DNA from: Schmidtea polychroa
Lineage: Eukaryota
DNA length: 64,000 nucleotides
Direction: 5' to 3'
Assembly: GCA_044892525.1 (NCBI GenBank)
Contig: CM097885.1
Location: 62,001-126,000 of the forward strand
Under the pieces are notes generated by a model that was not told where the DNA came from, made no database searches, and worked only from the letters and a program-made list of their open reading frames with translations. Position 1 is the first letter of the stretch. Each line of letters opens with the position of its first letter. This document shows, in pieces, positions 23,854 to 34,925 of this stretch. The position numbers were made by a program, and so were the translations under genes.

Positions 23854-26800
23854 AGTGAATAATTTTTTATTCTCTATCTAATATTAATGATTATTTTCTT
23901 TTAGTGAACGGATGCAGTTTATATAAATTTTGTATTGCCGAAAGTCATGAAGATGTGGAGAACTGTAAATCAGTTACATCATCATATTTCAAGATAAATG
24001 ACTCTACCTTATCGGGTTACATATGTCCGGAATGTCTCATTATATCACCAGGTAGGTGGTTAATGTTTGTACGACAACACGGACACCATCTTAGAAGATT
24101 CGAAGAAACGAAGAGCAGGATGATCACTAAAAGTAATACTCTTTCTACTATTAACAATTATTAATTTTTTATAGTACAACCGAAAATGAATACATCATAC
24201 GATCCTAAGCAGATTAAAGAATATGTTACAAGTTATGTTATTTAAGTTGTTTAATATTAATTATAAATATAGTTAGACAAAACTCTGGCACCACAAAACG
24301 AAAGTCAATATTTTACGGAAATGGAGACTCTAACATACAATTGTGTCCACGTCGGGAGTCTGACTTAAATGGTTCTCGTGTTGAATTGACAAGCGATGTA
24401 TCTGCAATTAATTCTCCTGACATTGTTGTTTCAGATTGTCTCATCAGAGAAATAGAAGATCATATTCAACGAATGGGGACAGTAAAAATCCAATTTGGAC
24501 TTTGTGCAGAGTTTATCAAAGAGGATGGTGAAATTAAAAAACGGTGTTTGTCGAATAAAGCAATTACAATGTCATCTTCATTTATTAATGATGGAATTGA
24601 AAAATTAAAAGAAAAGTTGGAGAAATACACTCAACAAAGTAGTGGGTGGAGAATTCATAAAATATTAGAAGTTACTATGATTTTAACTAAATTATCAGAC
24701 ATAATACATGTATCTGGTAAGTTTATTTACATTATTATATATATAAATCAAGATATTTACTTAGGTTCAAGTTACATTAAAACGCCAAATTACCTGAAAA
24801 ACTGCCAGGCTTTAGTTAATGTTCAAAATAATGATCAATTCTGCTTTTTATATAGCATACTGGCCGTATTACATTATGATGACATAAAACACCACAGAGA
24901 AAGAGTAATGAAATATAATTTAAGTGGTAATATATATTTATATCATTCTAAAAATATATATATTTAGAGTTAAAATGGAAATCAGATTGGTTTCCAATGA
25001 AGTTGGTTAACATTTGCCAATTTGAGGCAATGAATCCTAATCTAGCGATCAATGTTCTCAAATATAATAAAGATCCAATTAAACAAAAAACTAATGATAT
25101 TTTCAAGAATCCGTTCGTTGACTTGGTATATAGAAGTACTTCGACGGGATGTCAATTATATCTCTTATTGATTGAAGAAGGTAATATTTCTTTTAATCAT
25201 TAAAAATATTAACTAAATTTTAGAATTAAATTATCATTTTTTGGCTGTAACTAATCTCGATCGACTGCTCAATTACAGAGATAGAGTAGAAGGAGTCAGA
25301 ATCCAATCACATTGGTGTCATACGTGTCTTCATGGGTTTCAAAAACGTCCTGCTTTTGAAAGACATATAGGTCTTTGTAGGAAGAATGTGGAGCGGACGA
25401 CTCTATACTCAATGCCAGAGAATAAATATATCGAATTTAAAGACTGGAGTAAAACTATAAAACAGCAGTTTGTTGTCTACGCGGACTTTGAATCAATATT
25501 ACCTCTAGATGACAAGCACTTCCAAAAACATGAGCCGATTGCATCTGAATTTGTGCTTCTTCATCAAGGTTGTCCGATTCGAAATGAAACATTTGTTGGG
25601 AAAAACTGTATCATTCAGTTTATACAAGCATTGGATGATATAGCTACAGACATAGTTTATCCGTGGTATAAAATTAATGGATCGAAGGAAATGATGGAAC
25701 TCACTTGGGAACAGCAGGAAGAATTTACGAATCAAACTCATTGCTACCTTTGTAAAAAGATTATCAATATACCTGTTCGGGATCATGATCATTTTACCGG
25801 TCAATATCTCGGAGCAGCGTGTCAAGATTGTAATTTGGCTAGAAGAATCAATCCGTCTTTACCTGTTGTATTTCATAATCTTCGTGGATATGACATTCAT
25901 CATATATTAAAATATGCAATTGGAAAATTCCCCGATTGGAATTTAATTGTTATTCCTCAATCAACAGAAAAGTTTCTCACACTTACAGTGACATCGAAAG
26001 GCAGAAGAATTAGATTCATTGATTCTTTACAATTTTTAAATAGCAGCTTGGCAAATTTATCAAAAAACTTGCCACGTCTTCCACTTACTTCAAAGATTTT
26101 CAATTCGCATATAATAACTGGTAAAGGCATATTTCCTTATGATATGGCTACATCAATGGATGTTTTACAGTCAATAACAGAATTACCACCGATTTGGGAG
26201 GGAGTTAGTCAAGAAGATTATATACATGCAAATCGAATCTGGCGACAATACAACTGTGAGACACTGCTAGATTACATGCTAGTATATCTCAAGTTGGATG
26301 TTTTTCTGTTGGCCGATGTTTTTGAAGCTTTCAGAGAAAAAACATTTGACGAAGATGGACTTGAGGCTCTATCGTTTGTTTCCATACCCGGATTAAGTTG
26401 GGCATCAGCTATTAAACAGTTACCTGAACCAGTAGAACTTATTCAAGATCCAGAGCTTTACCGTTTATTTGAAGCTGGTATTCGTGGTGGAATGACATTT
26501 ATCAACAAACATCATGTTGAAGCTGATGAATCAACACAAATGTCATACCTAGATGTTAATAATTTATATGGATGGGCGCTGTCGCAAAAACTTCCTGTTG
26601 GTGAATTTAGATGGATAAATGATCAGACTGAAATGAATGGTATTGTTGAAAGATGTGCAAATGGGGATAAGTTTGATGGAGATCTTGGATATGTTCTAGA
26701 GGTTGACATCGTCATTCCTGATAGTATACAAGATAAACTAGATGATTTACCTATAGCTCCTGAGCTTTGTTATCCACCTGGTAGTAAAGTTGAAAAGCTG

Positions 26801-27829
26801 TTGTTAACTCATGAGCCTAAGAAAAACTATGTAGTTAATGGTAGAGTTTTGACAGAGTGGTTGAGTTACGGCGCAAAAGTCACAAAAGTTAATCGTGCTG
26901 TAGAATTCAAGCAAGTGGCTATTTTCAAAGGCTATATTGATTACAATACCAAAATGAGAGCAGCTAGTACAGATTCGTTTCAGCGAGATTATTATAAGTT
27001 AAAGAACAACAGTTTATACGGTAAAACTGTGGAAAACTTGAAGAAACGTATAAATTTGAGATTATGCAGCAAAAGCAAAAGATTGATAACTTATTGTAGT
27101 AATCCTATGTTTCGTCGTAGCATCAAGATTGCGGATGATCTCATTGCTGTTATACTCAATAAGGAAATTGTGTGTTTAGATAGACCAATGTATATTGGAC
27201 AAACCGTACTTGATTTATCCAAACTTCGCATGTACCAGTTTCAATATAAAGAACTACAGAGTTATAGAGAAGAATTCAATTGTCAAATTAATATCGTAGC
27301 CGGTGACACAGATTCCTTCTTTTTAGAGTGTAAAAATGTAGATTTACGCTTACAACTATATCCAAAAATGATTGCCGATGGGCTCCTAGATACTTCAAAT
27401 TATCCAGTGACTGATCCATTGTTCTCAGATAAAATTTGTTCGGTAATCGGGAAATTCAAGGATGAGAATAAAGGAAATCAATATAAAGAATGGGTGTTTC
27501 TTCGACCCAAGTGCTACTCACTCCAAGGCGATAAAAACACTCTAAAAGCCAAAGGAATAAGACTTACAAACTCTAATCTTACACATGAAGCCTATAAAAA
27601 AGTGTATACTGATGGTGGAACAGTGAGCATCCCACAAAAAAGAATAGGAAGTGTCAATCATCAGTTGTATACTTTCATGACAGAAAAACGAGCTCTCCAA
27701 TGTTTGGACGATAAAAGGTATTGGTACAATTGTAATGAAAGTTATGCCTACGGTCACTATAAGATTCGCCAAATGCATATTGCAACTGCTATGTCTAGAA
27801 ATGAATGCAAATCGAAACAAGCACTTTAA
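23854..27829 (+). CDS. polB: Protein-primed family B DNA polymerase with endonuclease VII-like insertion; predicted 7 coding exons, 1236 aa
   Basis: Motifs YADFE, FHNLRGYD, YLKLDV, YLDVNNLYG, KLKNNSLYGK, AGDTDS, and RDHDHFTG..AACQDCN. Predicted GT-AG introns 23855-23904, 24133-24174, 24232-24272, 24717-24764, 24927-24967, 25181-25223 give one open frame. Joins 4-6 align with the intronless D PolB. Confidence 0.9.
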
Positions 27830-30108
27830 CAATTAAATTTATGTGAATAATAAAATATATATTGTGAATTGTTTGACTTAGTTAATTAAAATGTGTTTTA
27901 TCATTTAATTATTCATTTGTCCAATTAATTTAGATAATTAGTTTCAAGTAAGAAATATTATTTTTGTGTTTATTTTATTTATTTATTTATTTTTTCCGAA
28001 ATATTAATATCCAGTTTATCTAAAATTAACTCAGCGTTTTATTTTATAATAAATTAAATAATTTCTAATTAAAATTTATTCAAATTGAATAATTACTAAT
28101 TAAAATTTTATTCAAATTGAAATATTATCGTTATAATTTACCTCTTGTTAGAATATAATGTAAATGTAAAATTAAAAAAAAATAAAAAAATAAAAAAAAA
28201 AAAAATAAAATAAAAAAAAAAAAAATAAAAAATAAAAAAAAAATAAAAAAATAAAAAAAAATAATAATAATAAATAAAATAATAAAATAATAAAATAATA
28301 CTAAAATAAAAGCATAATAAAATAATTAATTAAGAAAATTAAAAAGAAAAAAAAAATAAATAGAAGTAATTAAATAAAATTAAAAAATAAATAAATTAAT
28401 TAAAAAAAAAAAAAATAATAATAATAATAATAATAATTAAATAGCGTAAGTAATTAAAATAAAATATTAATAAACTAATAAATTAATTAAATGTAATAAA
28501 TTAAAATAAAACATAATAAAATAATTAATTAATAAAATTAAAATGAAAAAAAAAAAAAAAAAAAAATTAAAAAGAAGTAATTAAATAAAATGTTAATTAA
28601 AAAAAAAATGATTCGATTGACCTATATTTGATCTGGACATTGGGATGACCTTGAAAGTGTCCTGGAGTCCTTACTATTCACTACTTTGGAGAATTCACTA
28701 GGATATACCAATTATTGTCATTTAAATAAATTTACTGGTTTATTAGATGTTATCATTAGTTATCTAGTCTCTTTTGGAATTTTATGATAATTATTTTTAT
28801 TGTAGATTGCTGACTTTGATAATTGTAATGAATTTATACTGATTTTTTTTGAATATATTGAGAAATCAGTCAATCAATTTGAGTACATGTATTACTTTTA
28901 CAAAAATAATTAAATTTAATTTTATTTAAATTAATTTATTCAATCTTAATCAATTATCTACTAGATCTTATCTTATTAATTTATTATCTTAGTTGATTCA
29001 ACTTGAATGATCAGCATTTTTTTTTATTTATTGGATGATTAGAATTTTTTCTTGTCCATTAATTAAATTTTTATGATATTTATTTTGAATAATTTAAATT
29101 TTTACAATTATTTAATCAATTTTTACCAAGTTATTGATGCCTTGAGTTCAAATAATTTTTCATCCAATTTTTCAAGTGAAGAGTATTTGCTTTTAAAGAT
29201 CAATTTGTTAGTACATAGTTGTTGGTTCTAGGTAGTTGGTTGTTAGTACTTGGTACTTGGTAGTTGGTATCTGATTGACTTTTTAGATTTTGATAAGAAA
29301 ATAGTGTATGCGATGAAGAATATTTTGTATTTAATTGCTATTATTTTTATGTGTTGTTAGTTGATTGTTGGTACTAAGTTGTTGGTTTCTTGTATTTGGT
29401 AGTTGGTACAGTGTTGTTTACTGATTGTTATATAGTTGTAGGTTGATATTTGTTAATTTCTCGATGGGTTTTGATGGTGGTTGTTAGTAGTTGTTGTTTG
29501 AAACCTAGTGGTTAGTACTTAGTAGCTAGTTAATGGGTAGGTTGTGGTTAAGTGTTACCAATACCCCTACGACTAGTACCTTTACGACCAGTACCCTTAC
29601 GACTAATACCCTTACGACCTGTACCCTTAGGGGGTCAAAACATCCTGTCGGATAAACTCAGAGTATATATAATAAAACTGATCAATAATAAGTATCTATT
29701 GAATGTGATTTTTACTTTGCAATAATAAGTCAGTAGTTATCATTTAAAAGAAGAATGTTTTGTAAATTAGAATTCATTAGTCTTTCATTGTAATTATTTT
29801 GAATTCCACGTGGTGTTTTAAAGTGGTTGAGTTGTGGTTTTTTGATGAAAATCAACATTTTTGTTAAATTTAGACATTTTGAAAAGGTTTTTCTACTGAT
29901 TGTAATTAAAATTATTATAGAAGCTGTATAAAAAATATTAATTTAAAAAGCATTTCATAAAATACAGTGAAGAATATTTAGTAGTTAGTTGTAAGTATCT
30001 GGTTGTTTGAGAGTTAGTTAGTACGTGGTATCTAGTTGTAAGTATTTGTTAGCACCTAGTTAAAAAATAATCAGTAACCGATTGTTGGTAACTGTTGAAT
30101 TATTATTA

Positions 30109-30156
<48 letters not shown>

Positions 30157-33100
30157 CATTTAAATTTTCATTATAAATTACATTTCTCAAAAAAGTTGGT
30201 GGTTATTCAATCTTTTGATAATAAAATTAAAAATCTTACTTTAATTTACTTATTACATTACTTATTTAAAAATTATTACTTTAATTAAATTCTTTAAAAA
30301 TTATTACTTTAATTTACTTATTTAACTTTAATTTAATTTTTTAGAACATTGATTACTTATTTTTAAAATTTGGACCTTAATTAACTTTAATTTAATTTTT
30401 TAACTTTAATTTACTTATCCTTAATTTACCTATTTATGCTTTATTACTTAATTTTACACCATAATTTACTAAACAACTAATTATAACCCTTATTTTCATA
30501 TTTAACCAATAATTTCATGTGGTCATCTGGTTGTAAGTGTTTGGTATCTAGTTGACAGTACTAGGTATCTTGTACTTGGTTGTTAGTACTTGGTTGATAA
30601 TGCTTAGTGTCTGGTTGTATGTACTTGGTATCTAGTTGTTAGTAACTAGTTGTAGGTAATTAATGCTTAGTAGTTGGTAACTGGTTGTTAGTATCTAGTT
30701 GTAGGTGGTAGCTAGTTGGTTGTAGGTACTTAGTAGTTGGTTGATAATGCTTAGTACTTGGTAGGTGGTTGTTAGTTGGTTGTAGGTACTTAGTAGTTGG
30801 TAATTAATGCTTAGTACCTGGTTGATGTTGGTTGTAGGTACTTAGTAGTTGGTAGCTAGTTGGTTGCTATCAGGTAACTAGTTGTTAGTAACTAGTTGTA
30901 GGTATCTGGTTGTTAATACATGTTCGTAATTTACTGGTACTTGGTATCTAGTTGTTAGTTGTTAGCGGGTTGTTAGTAACTAGGTATCTAGTTGTTAGTA
31001 CTTGGTTGATAATGCTTAGTACCTGGTTGATGTTGGTTGTTAGTACTTAGTAGTTGGTAGCTAGTTGTTAGTAACTAGTTGTAAGTACTTGGTATCTGGT
31101 TGTTAGTTGTTATCTGGTTGTGAGTAGTTGGTATCGGGTTGTTAGCTGGTTGATAGTACTTGGTATCTGGTATTTAGTTGTAGGTACTTGGTTGTTTGAG
31201 AGTTTTTTAGTACGTGGTATCTAGTTGTAGGTACTTGGTATCAGGTAACTGGTTGTTAGTATCTAGTTGTAAGTACTTGGTAGTTGGTTGTTAGTTGTTG
31301 GTATCAGGTTGTAAGCTGGTTGATAGTACTTGGTATCTGGTTGTTAGTTGTTAGCGGGTTGTTAGTAACTAGGTATCTAGTTGTTAGTACTTGGTTGATA
31401 ATGCTTAGTACCTGGTTGATGTTGGTAGTTAGTACTTAGTAGTTGGTAGCTAGTTGTTAGTAACTAGTTGTAAGTACTTGGTATCTGGTTGTTAGTTGTT
31501 ATCTGGTTGTGAGTAGTTGGTATCAGGTTGTTAGCTGGTTGATAGTACTTGGTATCTGGTAATTAGTTGTAGGTACTTGGTTGTTTGAGAGTTATTTAGT
31601 ACGTGGTATCTAGTTGTAGGTACTTAGTATCAGGTAACTGGTTGTTAGTATCTAGTTGTAAGTACTTGGTAGTTGGTTGTTAGTTGTTGGTATCAGGTTG
31701 TAAGCTGGTTGATAGTACTTGGTATCTGGTAATTAGTTGTAAGTACTTGGTTGTTTGAGAGTTATTTAGTACGTGTTATCTAGTTGTTAGCTGGTTGTAG
31801 CTAGTTAATGGGTAGGTGGTTGTTAGTAGTTGGTATCAGGTAACTAGTTGTAGGTATCTAGTTGTAGGTATCTGGTATCAGGTAACTGGTTGTTAGTAAC
31901 TAGTTGTAGGTATCTGGTTGTTAATACATGTTCATAAGTTACTGGTTGTTGGTACTAAGTTGTTGGTTTGTTGTTGAATTATTATTAAAATTTGTCTTTG
32001 AAAAATATTTCATAAAAATTTTCATTAAAAATTATCTTAAAAATTTCCATCTAAAATTATCATTGAAAAATATTTCATAAAAATTTCCATCTAAAATTAT
32101 CATTGAAAAATATTTCATAAAAATTTCCATTAAAAATTACTTAAAAAATTATTTCATAAAAATTTCCATTAAAAATTACCTAAAAAAATATTTCATAAAA
32201 ATTTCCATTAAAAATTACCTAAAAAAATATTTCATAAAAATTTCCATTAAAAATTACTTAAAAAAAATATTTCATAAAAATTTCCATTAAAAAATTTCAA
32301 TTCTCAAACACCTTCAACTTTTTGTTAATAAATTTTAAAATCTTACTTTAATTTACTTATTACATTACTTTAATTTACTTATTTAAAAATTATTACTTTA
32401 ATTTACTTATTTAAAATTTTTTACCATTGATTACTTAATTTAAAAATTTGGACCATTATTTACTGTAATTTAATTTTTAAGAACTTAAATTTACTTTAAT
32501 TCAAAAATTTGGACCATTATTTACTTTAATTGAAAAATCTGGACCATAATTTACTGTAATTTAATATTTTAGAACCATAATTTACTTTAATTTAATTTTT
32601 AGAACCATTATTTACTGTAATTTAATTTTTTAGGACCATTATTACCTTATTTGAAAATTTGAGCCATAATTTACTTTAATTTAATTTTTTAGAACCATTA
32701 TTTACTTTAATTTAAAAATTTGAGCCATAATTTACTGTAATTTAATTTTTTAGGACCATAATTACCTTATTTGAAAAATTTGAACCATAATTTACTTTAA
32801 TTGAAAAATTTGGACCATAATTTACTGTAATTTAAAAATCTTAGTCCATAATTTACTGTAATTCAATTTTTAGACCCATAATTTACTGTAATTTTAAAAA
32901 ATTTACCACGTTTTTTAGTGTAGACCACCTTTGTCTATTGAAATTCTCAGGACCAAGGAGACCCACCTTAATTGACCTAGAAAAATCCATGCTTTTTTAG
33001 TGATAGTCGGATTTTTGTATTGAAAATATCCTGAGACCTTAAATTACCATGCTTTTTTAGTGTAGACCAGCTTTTTGTATTGAAAATATCCTGAGACCTT

Positions 33101-33700
33101 AAATTACCATGCTTTTTTAGTGTAGACCACCTATTTCTCAGGACCAAGGAGACTCACCTCACTATAGTGTGAAAAATTCCATGCTTTTTAGTGATAGTCG
33201 GATTTTTGTATTGAAAATCCCAGGACCATCGAGACCCCCTCACTATAGTGTGAAAAATTCCATGCTTTTTTAGTGGTAGTCGGATTTTTGTATTGAAAAT
33301 CCCAGGACCATCGAGACCCCCTCACTATAGTCTGAAAATTCTATGCTTTTTTATTGATAGTTATTGATAATTTTTTGTATTGAAAATCCCAGGACCATCG
33401 AGACCCCCTCACTATAGTCTGAAAATTCTATGCTTTTTTATTGATAGTCGGATTTTTGTATTGAAAAAAATTTTTTGTATTGAAAATCCCAGGACCATCG
33501 AGACCCCCTCACTATAGTGTGATAAAAAAAAAATTTGGACCAAAAATCCCTGAAAGCAAAAAAATGAGTTGGGAACAATTGCGTAATAAAAATTTGGGAA
33601 CAAACCCCCCCCCCCGGGGGGGGTAATTGTTCCCGTAGGCTACTATCTACCTACTATTAATTTCATCAATAAATAGTCACACATTAACAACTTATTTTAT

Positions 33701-33774
33701 ATTGAGTATAGCTTAGTGGTAATAGCACTCGACTGCATTGCCAATACCAATGGGTTCAAATCTCATTTCGGTCA
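33701..33774 (+). ncRNA. tRNA-like Pol III unit 2 (second copy 50117-50190)
   Basis: A box TAGCTTAGTGG, T arm ATGGG-TTCAAAT-CTCAT, ends can pair with G-U wobbles, followed by a T8 run. Confidence 0.55.
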
Positions 33775-33944
33775 TTTTTTTTCAAATTTTTTTTTAACGA
33801 AATATTGATCAGCATACTCGATTTAGTACTTGTACAAATTTTTAAGGAGATTGGTCAACGGCAACTCTTGGAAATTTAAGATCAAAAACGTTTTAACTTA
33901 AGCTACCAAAAATTAATATATCCAATAAAAAAATATTTATAAAA

Positions 33945-34214
33945 ATGGATGAGTTAAAAGAAAGAATGAGAAATGAATTGAATGAAGTTAAACATAAGAG
34001 AATGAAAAGAAGAGAAGAAGAACCATTAGAATACATCTAAGAGTTGATGGTAGATAATGAAAAGTATCGACATTTTTATATGAAGGCTGTAGATGTTGCT
34101 GATATAAGATTGAAGAAAATGAAACAATTACAGGAAAGAGTTAAAGAACTTGAATCGATTATTTATAGTCTAAAAAATAACAAAAATCCAATCCTAGATA
34201 GCGCAGTGGGCTAG
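33945..34214 (+). pseudogene. Small charged coiled-coil-like ORF with an internal stop (second copy from 50361)
   Basis: MDELKERMRNELNEVKHKRMKRREEEPLEYI*ELMVDNEKYRHFYMKAVDVADIRLKKMKQLQERVKELESII; TAA at 34038-34040. Confidence 0.45.
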
Positions 34215-34263
34215 ACCGGCACCGTGGTTCAAATGGATAGCGGTTCAAATCCTAACTGTGGTT
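34191..34263 (+). ncRNA. tRNA-like Pol III unit 3 (second copy 50607-50679)
   Basis: A box TAGCGCAGTGG at 34199, B box GGTTCAAATCC at 34242, T-rich tail. Confidence 0.55.
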
Positions 34264-34430
34264 AGTTTATTTTTCAACATAAAATAATATTAAAAATTTG
34301 AAAATAATAGTGTGGGTATCTTAGATTTATATTTTATTTTATTTATTTTTATTTTATTTTATTTTATTTTATTTATTTTATTTATTATTTTATTTTTTAA
34401 ACATAAATATGAAAAAATAAATATTGAAAC

Positions 34431-34504
34431 GGGTGATGGTGGCGAACCGGTAATTATCGCCACCTGTCTTTCGAACACCCCCGGATCGATCCCGGTAATG
34501 TGCA
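34431..34504 (+). ncRNA. tRNA-like Pol III unit 4 (second copy 50847-50920)
   Basis: A-box-like TGGCGAACCGG within a GGTGGCGA/TCGCCACC stem; T arm CCGG-ATCGATC-CCGG; weak terminator. Confidence 0.45.
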
Positions 34505-34925
34505 CATTTATTTCTCAGTTGTTTTCGGACCTCTTTCGGATTCGCTTTCGAATTCATTTGTACTTTCGAGCAGCACGCTTAAAACGCCGTTGAAATCGAC
34601 TTCGTGAGCGAGAAGCGAATAATAAGGTGTGCTGCTATTATCGGATTGATTCTGATGTATGAGTCTGGCCAGCTTGTATATTGGAAGAGATTCGATAAAC
34701 GAAAGAGGTTGATAAATAAAAAAAATGATCCGGATCAAAAAAAACTGTTCAGAAGACAGTGAAAAAAAAAAAATACCACTGTCCCCACAGAGCAGTTTTA
34801 CTATTTTTCATTTATTTTTTAATTTATATAATTTAAAATCAATAATCTGATAAAGATCAAATAGCCCTCTACCTTTTTCATAATGCCATTTTCTTTTCTA
34901 TTCTCTTTTTAGTTTGAAGCTTTTG

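Larger units (their letters stand above)
22306..28685 (+). mobile_element. Element C (pPolB-encoding), right palindrome arm
   Basis: Ends CCTTACTATTCACTACT at 28685, joined to B at TTGGAG. The empty site is visible in B copy 2 near 39488 and 46117. Confidence 0.88.
6848..33655. mobile_element. Foldback element B, copy 1, with nested/rearranged C and mini-D; 6-bp TSD ATTAAT
   Basis: Starts AGTAGGTAGATAGTAGCC and ends GGCTACTATCTACCTACT. ATTAAT at 6842-6847 and 33656-33661. Arms 6848-11291 and 28686-33655 are inverted copies. Confidence 0.88.
33656..34925. repeat. 1270-bp direct duplication of the element A subterminal region
   Basis: Near-identical to 50072-51341 (offset 16416). Confidence 0.92.

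Noticed and set aside
33701..34504. Functional tRNA genes
   Set aside because: A/B boxes are present but I could not fold convincing anticodon arms and full acceptor stems; kept as tRNA-like only.
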